Source: Gnetum montanum
Taxonomy: Eukaryota; Plantae; Gnetophyta
Length of the DNA: 64,000 nucleotides
NCBI GenBank assembly: GCA_015680685.1
Contig: MNCI01002996.1
Location: 125,542-189,541, forward strand
Reading direction: 5' to 3'
Shown: positions 39,448 through 53,678 of the stretch, one piece after another
Position numbering within the stretch: position 1 is the first letter of the stretch
Layout of the letters: each line of letters opens with the position of its first letter
The notes under the pieces: generated by a model
Database searches by the model: none
What the model was told of the DNA's origin: nothing
Seen by the model: the letters and a program-made list of their open reading frames with translations, nothing else
Position numbers and translations under genes: made by a program

Positions 39448-39909
39448 TTGAATGTTTAATTGCTTTCCTAGATAAGTAATCTCTCTCAACCCTTGACTCT
39501 CCTAGTTATGTGCATTTAGTACGACCGCTTCAAGCACGTGTGTAACACTTGGTAACCCAGTAACGAGTAGTGTTTGGTAATCCCAGTAGCATTACACTGG
39601 TTTAGGGTGTGTGCGGCAAGTGGGAATGGATACTAGTGCTAGGACAATTAGAACTTGGTTAGCGAATAGTTAGTCACTTAGTCTCTTCACCCTTCCCTCT
39701 TAGCATAAGGCGTTAAAAAGATAAAAGACATAAAAATCACATACCCCAAACTTACTTAACTATACAACCGTGACAATACAAGTAAGTTTGGGACAACGAT
39801 TGATTAACCTTAAGTGTTCCATTAGGGCGCGTAAGCACTTAGTCCTCGGAGTTCGACCGAATCGCGCGTGAGACGCTCGTATTCGTATGGTTGACCTCTC
39901 CACTCATCA
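39448..39909 (+). repeat. Athila-like LTR, 3' part (probable solo-LTR; left end lies in the gap)
   Basis: Similar to 21730-22132, ends CCACTCATCA, no PBS after it. Confidence 0.85.
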
Positions 39910-40800
39910 ATTATTATATAAAAAGGTGGATAAAAATATTTTGAACAATTATCAAACGTTATGAATAATATTTTTACTAAGTTGCTAGGTGCTCTACTAG
40001 AAAAGAGAATCATTTCTTGGCTAAAGGTGACCAAATCAAGGCAAGATGTCAAGCAAGTTTTAGACAAAATCACTTTACTATTGATCACTAGTTACTCTTA
40101 AACCCTATATAAAGTTTGCAAAGTTTCCTAATAAAAAAGTTTTTATTTGTTTTATTGAATTTGCAAAAAAAAATGATTTAGTGATCCATACAAAACTATG
40201 GTTGGGCTTGTATAAAATTGACCTCCATTTAAATTTGATTAAAGCAACTTAAATATTGTATGAGGGAATGATTATTCAAATTACAGACATCAATTCGGAC
40301 AAAAAAATTTCAATTCCAAACTAAATTTGGAGTTAAGCAAAGTTATCCACTTTCTTCAACTCTCTTTGGTATCTTTATTGACTTAGGAAAAGACCGAACG
40401 CATATTGGATGGGAAGAATTTGACCGCTCGTATTGTGTTTAAAATACGATGCCTAAAAAACGAAAAAATCAATTTTTTTTTTCAAATTCCCCGGTGATTA
40501 TTTCCCTACAAAACCAGTAGGAGACCGAAATCGTCAGGCTAAAAAATATTATTCAGCTAAAAAAACCATTCGAAAAATAAGTGGTGCGGTTTTGGTAATC
40601 CACTTGGCCGCGCTACGACAACTATTAAATCTCGACGCATTGGACGATATTTAAATCATGCATGCCGACGATTGTGTACCTCCGATGGAGTTATTACCCA
40701 GTACGAACGCATTAAACGTTTAACTGGAATTCACGCCATTATGCTTTTGTCTTTCACATACTGAACTCAGTTGTAGCTGAAGTTTCTAGCATTTTCCTTC

Positions 40801-43800
40801 ATGGACGAGCAACCCACAAATGTGCCCAACTCCTCTTCAGGTTGGTTCGCCTTGAAATTCGTTTGAATTTTTGGTTTTCCGCAGCTTTGTTCGCATTTTC
40901 TGATACACTTTTCCAGGGCCACAGTAAGTTTGTAATATATTTTTCTGGTTGCTCGCGGATTTCAGAATGATGTTTATTGTTGTTTTTGGGTTTCAAAAAT
41001 ATGTTTACTGTTGTTCGCGGATAGAAATTCCCGTATTGGGAATTGAATTCGGTGCTGTGGATTATAGTTTTTTTGGGATGGGTTTTGATTGTGTGTCGCC
41101 CATTTCTCGGGATTTTAGGGTTTACAGGGATGCCGAATGATTAGGACATAGAAACATGTTTAGTCTTTTAAAAGAACTGTGATATAGAATTACTTTTCCT
41201 CTCCATTTTTTTTCCAGATAAACTCTAAATTTGGATAAATTTGGACATGGAAAATTCTCTTACAACGAATGTTTAAAAATTTCCTATTCAGGAGAGCCTT
41301 TCCAGCCTTTGCAACCGGCATCAAATTTATCCGGTCCAAATTGGCCCGATATTGGAATGAGACAGGAAGAGGAAAAAATGTCAGTTGACCAGAACCAGGA
41401 ACAAGAAGAGGAGCATAAGAAAGAGGATCAGGCTCCACAAGAACAGCCAGACCAACAGATAGAAACCGAGAATTTGGATCAGGAAGAACCTTTACATGAA
41501 AATAAGTTAGAAGAAACTGAAGCGAATTTGTCAGAGCGAATTCATGAGCAGTTAGAGCCTCAGTCTCAGGAAGTAATGGAGCCCCCTTATCCTCAACAAG
41601 ATTTTCAGCAGGAAAATTTTCAAGATTTCCAGACACACGCAACAGATCTCCATGAAGAAGAAGGACATCAGCAGAATGTTCATTCTGTGCCGGAATCAAA
41701 TCTGCAAAATGAAACTCAAAATCAGCTTTCAAATTTGCAGCAAATGGAGGAACAGCAACAGCAATTTGTTCCACAGCAACCACAAACAATGTCATCGCCA
41801 TCACAATTTCAACAAGGGCAGCAGCCGCATCATCAAACTACCTTTTCTACACAGCAACCACAAACAATTCCACCGCCATCACAATTTCAGCAAGGGCAGC
41901 AGCAGCATCAAAGTACCCTTTCTCCACAGCAACCACAAACAATTCCATTGCCATCACAATTTCAACAAGGGCAGCAGCATGAAAGTACCCTTTCACACAA
42001 TCTCTCTGAGCAGCAGTCACTGCCACAGGCTATAGAGCAGCAGCATCAAAATACCATTTCACACAATCTATCTGAGCAGCAGTCATTGCCACAGGTTCTG
42101 GAGCAGCATCAGCAGCAAGAGAACGTGCACCAACAAGGACTTTCATCTTTACAGGCACAACAACAATCTTCACAAAAGAAAGTATACCCTCAATCTCAAC
42201 AGCAACAGCAAATATCCCAGACAATGCAAGTTCATCAAACACCAACAACACAACCACAGTTGCATCATCATATGGCACAACATCAGCAGCATATTGGACT
42301 GCAACAGCAACAGCAACACCAATTGCAGCAGCAGCAACAAATGCAACAAGTACAGCAACAGCATCAGCACCAGCAAATTCAACAACAGCAACCGCATCTT
42401 GGTCCTCAACAGCAACAACACATGCAGCAACAGAAACAATTGCAACAACAGATATTTCATCAGCAGCCAGGCTCTCATCCCTTACAAATGCAACATCAGG
42501 CACAACCCCAATCTCAACAACAAATACAACATCAGAACCCACAACCAAAGCACCAACAAATTCAGTATCAGAAAATACCCCATCCACAAGCACAGCACCC
42601 ACAAATACCCCATCCACAAGCTCAGCAACAACATCAGTTGTCACAGGTGCATATGCCACGACAACAAATGCAGATGCAGCGACAACCTCAGCTTTCCCCA
42701 TTGGCCTCTCAGACTTCAATGGGCCAATTGTCAAATGCTGCTGCAAGGAGACCAAATCATCATGCCAATTCAATTTCTTTTGGCTCATTAATACCTATAA
42801 TTATGCCTAAAATTTCAAAAGAGCAAGCACAACAGCTTCAAGGATTGTACCAGAAACTTAGAGTAAGTCTATCTCATATCTTTTATATAATTTTTGTTTT
42901 CAAGCAGGTTAATTGGGCGTTTTTATTTAGTTATTTCTTAAGCCTGTTTAGGGTTTCAACATTTTTGTCACTGTGAAATGTTCCATAGAACTGTACTGGA
43001 AAGCTAGAACGAGGAAGACATTTTGGTTTAATATATACGACGTAGATGCAAGCAAATGGCTTTGGAAACCAGGACATGACATGATGTTGAGATGATATAG
43101 AGAAGTCCTATAAGGATTTTTTTAAATAACCCTTCTGAGAATGAATAAACCATGTAGTGAATAATATTAGAGTATAAATAAATATAATGTAGAGCAAACA
43201 TTTTTTAAGCCATGTTATGAGGAATCAAGGTGGAGCTATTTTATGTTTTTTATTAAAAGAGGTTAGACATGTATATTAATGTTGATTGATTAAATTCCTA
43301 TATCCAATGGTTACATTCCTGATTAGACTCTTCTAATCAGTATGTTTACGAAGAGCGCATTTGTTGATAATTGTCCTTTCTATTTCCTACTAGATCGACA
43401 GAGTTTCCACATGTATTTTTCTTTCTTTATACTCTTTATGCCTTATCTCATTTTGCATGCTTACAAATCTTGTGCTGACTTGAATTATTGTATTGATAGA
43501 AGGTTTACTTTTACATGATACTTTAACACCGAGTAATAATTTTTGTTTGGATTGATGGTATGATTTTTGCTGTGTATGCTACAGAATAATGAAGTAACGA
43601 AAGAAGACTTCCTGAGGATGACCAGAACAATAGTTGGAGACCAGATGCTTGTCACTGCAGTTCGTCAAATGCAAATGAAGGTAACATTGTCTATCAATAC
43701 CTTAAACTATGTCTCTTGTAAATTTGAATTTACTTTGCATTATACAGGTACAGCAGCAGCATGCAGAATCGCAAACTGCACAAGGCTCACAACAAAGGCT

Positions 43801-46800
43801 TCAACAGCAGCAATCTCATTTTCAGCCACAATTACCTCAGCAAAATCTTCCTAGTCTACCTTCAAATGAATCGACAGCATTCCCACAAATTCCTCCTTTG
43901 AACATTCATTCCCAAACTCAGCAGCCTGCAGATTATCAGTTCCAATCACCAAGCACTGCGCCGCATTCCTCTGCAGATGGCATTTGTCAACACAGCATGC
44001 AATCAGGGGAACAGCGATCAGATCCCTCCAACCTAAATATGAATCAAAATTCTTCAATTAATCTCCATCAAGTTAAGCATGAGGTAGACCGAACAATGGC
44101 ATCACGTCAATTACCCAACCAGCATCAACAAATGTCAACGGCACAGCCTCCTTTTGCTATGTATGCTAGAGCTCATAGCAGTTATTCAGGGCATGCTTTT
44201 CCAGTTTCTGCAGGTATCAGTCAACCAAATGCATTAAAACCACCAATTTTTGATTCACAAATAAGAGGCACTATGCATCCACAAGGACCTATGCAATCTC
44301 AGGGGATCGCAGCCCCAGTAGCCAATCCAAAGGTTATGTCAAAATTTGAATCCCAAAAATTACCGAGAAGATTAGAAGATGATGACAGATTAAAGACCCT
44401 TCAAGCTGGAGCACACTTGTCTACACAGCATCATCAAGGTGTTTGGGGAACTGCAATAGAAAGAGAGCAGACATTAAGCACTACGATGTCAGCATCTACA
44501 CAAGCAATTGTTAAGCAGGAAGCTAATGATGAGAGCTTTGATCAACAAAACAAAATGCGTACTTTGCAGGCAGGCACAGATAATTCTTTTGCAGTAAAGG
44601 GGTCACTAGATCAAGGACAATCCTTTTCACAACAAAAACCTGAATCCGCTGAACAACTCATGAAAACAAGTGGCACATTGACAATGAATCAAACCTTTAA
44701 TTCTGCTGGAACACATACAGAACATGCAATGCAGGTACTACCTACTTATGCATTGGCATCTTTCATGAAAGAGCTTTTCTGATGAACTTTATAAATTTAG
44801 GTTTTGTTTATCTAAATGATGCTTTTTTGATGAACTTTATAAATTTAGGTTTTGTTTATCTAAATGATGCTTTTTTGATGAACTTTATAAATTTAGGTTT
44901 TGTTTATCTAAATGATGCTTTTGATTTAACTTATGCCTGTAATAATGGGTGATGTTATTGTTTCTTGTTCCCACTTTCCCAATTTTGTTGTTACTGGATT
45001 GCCTTGTTTATTGAAACTGAAGCTATTTTTTATTACAGTCTTCACCTTACAGATATCTTGGACCACCTCAGTTCCAACCATATTTTGAATAATGCCTATG
45101 GACTTATGGTGTTTGTTTTTTCTTTTTTCTTTTTGCATATTTTTATTGTGTTCATTTGTCTGTTATGGTCAGTGTTATGTGTCTGGCAGACAGGTTTGGT
45201 TTTTATGGTTTTGGTTGGGATTTCTATCTGTTAGATCCAAAGGATCTCTTATACAGGCAATTAAACATTTTCATTTTCAATTCATAGTATCATATATAAT
45301 TGGTTTTTGAAAATAGCTTAATTTACTAAAGTAACTTGGTGGCAGATGCCATGAATAAGTTGCTTTCTCAAGAAATAGCAATAGCTGAATAACAACAGCA
45401 GCAATTAAGCAGCGTGGACAAAATTTTGTTGCTATTAGTTTTATATTATAATGGGTGAATGGTGATGTGATGGGTTTCTTATTGCCTAACTTCCATTACC
45501 TACCTTGGCCACCTATTACGACCTTAGTTTGCTTGTTTTCTTCACTGATGCATTTATAGGTACTTGCTGTAACACCCTGCGCTAGCTAGGGCAGGGTGAT
45601 GCCTAGGATCAAGTAATCTTAGAATGGTGGCATGATAACTAAAAACCAATAATGTGTAGAATACATGATATTAAGGAAGGTCAAATTGCACAGAACTTTC
45701 ATACCACACCAAAAACTAAACATACACTTCAATTCGTTCTGCTAAAATACAATCAACACATAAACACCATTCTTGTATATATAAGAGTACATAGAGTTTC
45801 ATACAACAATACATAGTCCATACTACTATCCATGAAATAGACATTAATTAAGCACTGAAGATTTTTCTCTCCTCTACTCTCCCTCTTCGTGCTTGTCTAG
45901 GCTCCTGCACCTTTCACTTGTAATTTAAATAAAGTCAGTACACAATTGAGTGGGAAGCTTTTACACTTCCCCTACTAGATGGTCGACAAGTGCTACACTA
46001 GAGGAGAGGAGTGGGTTACAAGGCAACCTGCAACAACTGTTAGTCTTGCACATGCTCAAAACAACACACACCATATCATCCATAATGCTAACATACTATC
46101 ATACAATCACAGATAAAGTCAGGGTCTGACATTATCTATCCTGCCCATGTTATCATATCCATTATATACTGTAAACAATCTATGATTCACACAATCATTA
46201 TCCAATTAGAACACATATTATCAATGATATGACTTACAAACCAATACTATCATATACATAGCCCATGTGGTTGCTATTATATCCGTGCTTAGTGTAGCAT
46301 GTGAAACATTGCCCTGACTACTCATAACAGCCATTGCCTGTAGGTCTTTTATTTATCCAATCGGTGCTAGGGTCCATCAACTTGTGATGCACAACCACTA
46401 GCCTTTTTGAGGACTGGCAATAGGGATGAACACACCTATGCCATGGACCAGTTGTAGGGACAAATACACTTACGCTCTCCCATTCTCAGGATGAGGCATG
46501 AGATAGGAGCCTCATCGATGCATTAGAGTGGGCGTTAATCCATGCTACCTCTAGGGTGCCTCATCACCAATTGGTCCACACCCTCATGCTAGCACCACTC
46601 ACCAACGACTGTCACAAGCGTCATTGTGAAAATATGTACACATTTTGGCTAGCTTAAGCTAACACATGTCATAAGCACAACACACCCAAACAAACATAAC
46701 CACACATGTCCACCCCTAATAGTTACAGTCGTACCATGAAAACAATAAAGACAACCCACCAATTAAAATTGTTGGGTAGAAAGGCCGAAACAAGTAGAAA

Positions 46801-47048
46801 ACCCTTGAAAATCCTGCAAGACTCCGTTTTGCTCCCAACAAGTTCTACACCCATGTAGATATGACTGCAGCAATCCCAAAGCTAGGTTTAGAGCAAGCAA
46901 AAACTGTCTACAAAGCTCAAAATTCAAAAAAATGTGAAACAAAAGAAAGAAAAATGAAAGAACAGGCTCCTGGGCGTTTCTGTTAACGCGCATAGAAAAA
47001 AGAGAAACCCAAAACCCAATTTCTATGGGCAAGTGGTGGTGAGGCTGT

Positions 47049-47085
<37 letters not shown>

Positions 47086-50000
47086 ATATTTTCANAAACA
47101 TAAAACCTATACTTTCACTTTATGCTTTGTATAAAACAAACAAAAACCAATGATGCGCTTTTCTCACGTGATGTGAGTTCCCTTTTTTTTTTTCCTTTGA
47201 ATTATTTTTTTTATGAATGATTTTCGTAAGCTATCCTTATTTTTTCCCTCTGCACTTAATGCTATAACCTTTAATGTGTAACAAACACACTAGGACTCCA
47301 AATCAAAATCTGTTTGAACCTACTAGATCCGTATCATATGTACTACACATTCACATGCCAAGACCACACCCGAACATCATGCAACATAGTGTTATAGTAC
47401 AAATGTATAAATACCGAAGTTGCACATAAAGCATAAAGACATACCGGATAGGTGCTCTTGTACCCTAGTTCAACACCCCTACCAGCAACCTCACTCGTCT
47501 AACACATCACACAGGGCTAGTGTATATAATCACATTAGTCAAGCATCATAATCGTAACATAAAGACGAAGCCTCATAACAGATAAAATACATTTATATTA
47601 CATTAACTCATCCCTGACAACCCACTGGGACTGTACATGTAATGTATAAATTATAAGCATATGACCATACCTAATGTCTTTACATGGGATGTAACACTTG
47701 CCGTTTTAACTCTGCAGAAAGCTAAGCATAACCTCAATGGATACCTTTTAGTGTCCAAATTGTCAGAGCTCATTATTCTTTGGTGAAAACTGAACACGTT
47801 CATGCCCAAATGTTTAGGGCTTAGCACAAGCTACTAGTTACTGCAACTAAAGTCCTCAATTCTTGTTATGTTGCCCAATAGTTACTATAACCATATGGCT
47901 TTTAGAGTAGGGGTGGGAGGTTGCTAGACCATATGCTCAACAAAGACATATGGCCAGCACAACAGTTTGCTATATCTTAAGAAATAACACAGTAAATATA
48001 GCGATCCCTCAAGAGCAGCTTGACGTTGCAACGTGCTTCTTGCAAAGTAACAAGCTTAGCAGTTGAGCTATGCTCTCATTGGCATCTAGCTCTTAAGAGT
48101 GGTGGTGTTCAAGCAAGGGTTATCAATGCAGAAAAGATTTTTTTTTTGGTCTTTATATTATGCAAGACATTCTTGGATGAGTCTCCCACTTAAAATATTA
48201 TGCAAGACATTCTTGGATGAATCTCCAACGCAACGACCATGCATCATTGTTATGGCCTTGCCTAATGTTGTTGAACTCATTGACTAATATTTAGCATTAT
48301 AATTGATTAGTATGTCTTATTAGAGTCATTTATCGGTTGAATTGGTTAATGCTTTTTCTTGAATATTTATTTAACTGTGTTATCGTATTAATTTAAGTCC
48401 ATAAACATAATCATTTGTCTCAAACTTATTTGACTTCTAGATTGTTGTTGTTGATACTATACGATTCTGTTGATTATGATGTAGTTCGTTCATATCTATA
48501 CATAACATCTTACGTCCGACACCCAACTCTATATATATATATATATATAAACGTATTGCTTTTTTGCTTCACTCCTATTGGGTTGGTAAATTTTCTGACT
48601 TTTGAAAGGCTATGGGTTCTCACTCCTTGTGTTTCTGATGAATGTTAAAAAGGAGCAAGTACCTTTTACTTTTAATTTCTACCCTTTTTGCGTTCTTATT
48701 TTGTATTACTCGGGATGACACAATTATAGCTTCATTTTTATTAAAGCCCCTTCACTTTATATTGCTATCGATTTTATGAGTATGTGTCAGACATGTATGG
48801 TAATGCTGTTGACATTATAAGCAAATGACTAGGAGGATGCGGCAATGGTTCACTGTCACAATGATCATGCAAACATTGTAAACACTAGGTATATAGAACA
48901 TACGAGACAAATGGAAAGCAATATCAGTATTGCTATTGTTTTGTATCCTTATGTTAGTTAGGAATTTGCTCGTTCCTTGTCTTTGTTGATGCAGCCTTGA
49001 AGCCCATTGTGATGCAATGTCAATATCATATCTAAAATATTTTGAATTTGATGTTAAGGGTCAACATCGTGCACAGCTGCCTTCTACAGCTCCTTCAGTG
49101 CCCGCAGGTTCTCAAATTAAGACACCGACAAAGAAATCTGTACTGGGACATAAGAAACCAAATGACAATATTGGTTCTTCACAGACACCCAGGTTTATTT
49201 GTTCTCAGTTCTTTTACAATATTTTATTCTATCAGGTCATATTAGCCAAGGCAAAACTGAATTCTAATAGCTTTTTCTAAATTCCAGGTTTCCTCTTTAT
49301 TAGTATACATAACATATCTAATTTTATTGCTGCAGCAAGAAACAAAAGGTTTCTGGTAGCTTTCCTGACCAAAGCATTGACCAACTAAATGATGTTACTG
49401 CTGTTAGTGGAGTGAATTTGAGGGTATGCAGTATTTTTCAGGAATACAAGTGCAATATTTTTTCTGGTTTTTGTTATTCAAAATCTTTTCTCAAAATAAT
49501 GGCATGAATGTTTGTTATTTCTGATTTCATTTAGGAAGAGGAGGAACAACTGTTCGCTGGGTCAAAAGAAGAAAGCCATACAACAGAAGCAATGAGAAGG
49601 GTTGTGCAAGAGGAGGAAGAGAGAATGTTCTTAGAAAAGGGTCCTCTTCATGATAAAATTGTTGAAATTAGTTACTGACCTCCTCTATCTTTTGAATTCT
49701 ATTATTTGAAAATGATAAAGAAGCCATGTTTTATCGTTTTTTATTCAATATACGTAATTTTTATTTGCTATGCAGAACCACAGAAATTAAATTGTTTCAT
49801 TTTTTTGATAGTGGCAAAATGTGGGATAAAAAACATTGGTAGTGATACTGAACGATGTTTGTCTCTGGTAAATACATGAAATCATTACTGAACTCTGCTG
49901 TAGTCCCTTCATATGCAGCAGATAACCTTAATATTATCAAATTTTCAGGGTGTTGAAGAGCGCATGCGTACTATGATTAGTGGTTTAATTAAATTGTCTA

Positions 50001-52068
50001 GACAAGTAAGTTATAGTAGTCACATTTACTCTTCTGGTATATGTTTAAAGTGATGTTACCAAAGTGTTTCATCTTTTTGACAAAATAGTAAAGTTGGCCT
50101 TATTTTAAATTTCAGTTTCTTTCTGTTTTTACAGAGAGAGGATAAGGAGAGAGGAAAACACAAAGTAGTTATTACATCTGATGTACGTAGTCAGATTCAA
50201 CAAATAAACAAGAAGGCAAAGGACGAGTGGGAAAAGAAACAGGCTGAAGAAGCAGAGAAGCTTCGTAAAGTAACTGAGGTGTGCAAAACCCAGCTATTAT
50301 ATATATATTTATTCTGTAGGCATCTAAAACACAAGTGTTGGTTGTTCAATATTGCTTGACATTTCTGTTTAAGAAAAATTAAAAAAGAAAAAAAGAAAAA
50401 GGGATTTGACTGGTTGTGAATGCATCTTATGCTTCTGTGATTTTTGTTTATATGTTATGGATTTTAAAATTTATTGTTTAACTGCAGATGCCAGTGAGGC
50501 ATACCTAGCTTAATCAGAACATATGACTTATGGTAGTGCCAGTTACATGTTTGAAGCCGATGAGGCTATGCTGAGACATTTCCCACCTTGGGGCAGGGTA
50601 AAAATCTAGATGGTATCAAATAGATAGTCATAGGAAAATTACCTTCCATTCATCCACCCACCTCAACGGGGAGCCCATGTTATTGGCATAAAGGCACCAT
50701 ACGGCAAAATGTTTTTTGAAATGTTGCTTTGGTACAAATCAATAGAGTGAACTTGTTGGTACTTCGGGAAACATGAAATTGAAAATTATAGGAAACACTG
50801 AAATAGCTTGATAACAATTTTGTTTATGAATTTTTTTTTCAGATTTTTTTGGCAATATTAAGGGCTGTTACACAACCATGATAAGGCTGCCAAGGTTTAG
50901 AGTCATAAGCATGTTTTTTGATAGGTTCAAATTCATGATCTATAGGTAACAAATATCACCAGATTTAGGGCTGAAAATCACCACCAATCGAAGCATACAC
51001 TAAATGATTTATTGACTTCAATATTGATGTAGGTCTCAAAATTAACCAAGTCAGATTGTCATTCCGGCATGGGCAATATCAAATGAATCTCTTCGTCATT
51101 GCTATATCATGCCTGAATATAGTTTTGTTGGTAAAAATATTGCGTTAACCATCTGTGATTAAAATTTGATTACTCTTGTAAGCCGTATGCGAGGCTACAT
51201 TTTACCACCTTTGCAACCCAATGAACTTCAGGAGTCATTTAAATCTTTTATTTATTTATTTTATCAGGTAGAAAATAATGTTGAGATTGAGAAGGAGGAG
51301 ACACGTTCAAAAGCTCAAAAGGTGTGAAATTGTACTTGATAGCTTAATTTATTGAAAGATCTTTTTGATTCTCGTGGAACTATTCTCATCTCTTTGCTAG
51401 CAATAAAGTGATTTATTTTTCTGGATCATTGCAGCCTAACAAGGAAGAAGAGGATAAAATGAGGGCAAATGCAGCAAATGTTGCTGCTCGCGCAGCTATT
51501 GGTGGGGATGATTTGCTTACGAAGTGGCAGTTTTTGGCTGAACAAGCTCGACAAAAGCGTGAAGGTTTTTTATCTTCAGATATTGTAATTTTTCATTCTG
51601 GGTCTTTTTAAATACTGGTTTACATGTAGATACTGATGACACAAACTTCGAATTTTTTGCTTCATAAATAGGTGCATCAGATGGAACCGCCTCCAATGTT
51701 CGTGGTAACAAAGAGATGAAAAAGAAACCTACCAGTGTGTTGAAGTCTGCGGGTGGTTCTGAACAACAAGAAGTTGACAAGAGGAATGATAAAATGATTG
51801 GTTAGTACCTTTAATTATATCACATGAACAAATACCCCGAATATTGTATCTTTGAATTTATATTTACAGTTGAATTGCTCCGTCACTTGGTGCAGGTCCC
51901 GCAGGAAATGCTGGAAGGAACCCTGGTCCATCATCACAGATCAAATTCACTGGCACGATAACTTTAAACGATTTAATTGCATATTTAGAGTCTGAACCAC
52001 AGATGACAAAATCTAATGTTCTTTATCGGCTGTATGTGATGGGGGCACTACAAAACAAAGATACATGA
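40801..52068 (+). CDS. TAF4: Transcription initiation factor TFIID subunit 4 (TAF4/TAF4b-like), ~1264 aa, 14 coding exons
   Basis: Phase-consistent GT-AG exons 40801-40840, 41292-42862, 43585-43680, 43748-44734, 49059-49192, 49336-49423, 49535-49670, 49812-49867, 49949-50005, 50135-50278, 51268-51321, 51435-51564, 51672-51800, 51896-52068 (3795 nt). Motifs [70 protein letters not shown]. Exon 1 is less certain (alternative ATG at 41357). Confidence 0.93.
41771..42100 (+). repeat. Coding tandem repeats in the TAF4 Gln-rich region
   Basis: (P/T)[17 protein letters not shown] x3 (75-78 nt spacing) and [12 protein letters not shown] x2 (66 nt spacing). Confidence 0.9.
42770..43680 (+). other. 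RST (RCD1-SRO-TAF4) domain coding segment
   Basis: [30 protein letters not shown]|[22 protein letters not shown]. Confidence 0.9.
44781..44922. repeat. Intronic 48-bp tandem repeat x3
   Basis: GATGAACTTTATAAATTTAGGTTTTGTTTATCTAAATGATGCTTTTTT starting at 44781, 44829 and 44877. Confidence 0.95.
45568..47696 (-). mobile_element. Solo-LTR (Tekay/Del-like termini, 2129 bp) in TAF4 intron 4
   Basis: TGTAACACCC..GGGATGTAACA ends, TSD CTTGC (45563-45567 and 47697-47701), no coding domains. Strand inferred from composition. Confidence 0.85.
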
Positions 52069-53546
52069 TCCAAATATAACTCAGGAACTGTACATTCCCA
52101 TTAATGTTTTGTCATGATGAATCCATGATAAGGGCGATAGCTATGAAATGTTTTCCAAATTATTATGAAAATTTTGGTCTAATGCCAGAAAATTGCCCCA
52201 AGTGGCTAGCTTGTTCCATACACAACTGGTATTGCCATTAAACTTTGGCAAACCACTATCAGCCGTGATGTAATGAAAGGATTTACCAGCAACTAGTGAA
52301 CAATGTGTACATGTTTTTGATGCCATGTTGTCTTTGTTTGAAGTATTACAGCTTTCCAAAATTGGCCTTATGCTTCTCCATTTTTCCAAACGTTGGTAAA
52401 CCTTTTATTACAGGACATTTCATTGATGCAGGTTAAATTAACATTTTGATGGATGGCTTGAGTCCTGGATGCTTGTATATTTCCTTGATTGTTCCGACGG
52501 GCAAGCCTTACACTTATAAATACTCGGAAATGACGATTGTGAATGTTATGGGTTTCCCGTGATATAAAATATTAGCGTGTTGAATACTTTGATTTATAAT
52601 GTCCATTCATAAGCAAGATTACAGTTCTGAAATTTATAGATTTATTGGCAACACCACTCAAATAAAATAGATTGTGTTTTGTATGATTTTATGCATGATC
52701 AAATTTGTTAATCACCGTTCTTTGATGGGTTAAATGAAGAGCTGAGGTGAGAGTTGAAATCAAGTTCCTACACACGGAATTGTAGCAATTGGTCTCTTTC
52801 ATAATTATGAAGAGTGTTTGTCAACAATGTATAATTTAGTGTTGAATGTCAAGTTGTAACTATGATTTGATTGAAACAATGATGTAAAGTTGTCTCCACT
52901 AGAGTCGTTGAAAATATGATGATTCATTCATAGAGTAGTTGAAGAAATGAGGGATTCTTGGAGAGCAATTTAAAGATTTATTATAGACTAATTTGTTCAT
53001 GGGTAAATCTTATAGAGGATTTATGTGAGATTCCATTTTGATGCAACATTAGTGTGCTCAATGTACAAATCAAATTAATTTGTGGTTTGAGGAGACAAAT
53101 TGTATTGATTTGTAAAATTAAGTTAATTTGTTGTCTATAAATATCTGAATTTTGTTATTATGAAACCTTTGAATTGATCCCAGTAGGAATTGATGTTACA
53201 TAGTAGTTAAAGTTTTCATAATTTCTTAATAGTATGAAACCCATGTTTTGCTAAGAAATGATTGTAAAATAGAAAGTTGGTGGTTTAATTTGCATGTGAG
53301 ATAGAAAGTAAACTCCTCTTAATTAATTATTTAAGATTAATTATGCAAATAATGTGCATGAAATATTTGACTTGAGAAAATTAATTAGAATTCAAGAAGT
53401 GTTTTTTGGAGAGTTTTATTTAGAGCCTTTTGACTTAGGAAGTCATATTTTAAAATTAATTTAAGATTTGTAATGTATTTTCTACTTTAAATTATAGAGT
53501 ATGAAATAACTTGCCAAAGAAAGGATGCATTAAAGATGAAAATATC

Positions 53547-53678
53547 TCTTGAATCAACCAAGAAATAGGAATATGATAAGAAAGCACTTTTGATAATTCG
53601 TAGTAATTAGAATCTTGAATCAACCAAGAAATAGAAATATGATAAGAAAGCACTTTTGATAATTCGTAGTAATTAGAA
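53547..53678. repeat. 66-bp tandem duplication
   Basis: Two near-identical copies starting at 53547 and 53613. Confidence 0.9.

Noticed and set aside
41190-42791. Antisense and alternative-frame ORFs of 102-252 aa
   Set aside because: Shadows of the CAA/CAG-rich TAF4 exon.
44781-44922. CRISPR-like array
   Set aside because: Head-to-tail repeats with no spacers, in a eukaryotic intron, with no cas genes.
51870-51895. Upstream acceptor for the last TAF4 exon
   Set aside because: It would shift the frame and lose the conserved C-terminal motif; 51896 was used.
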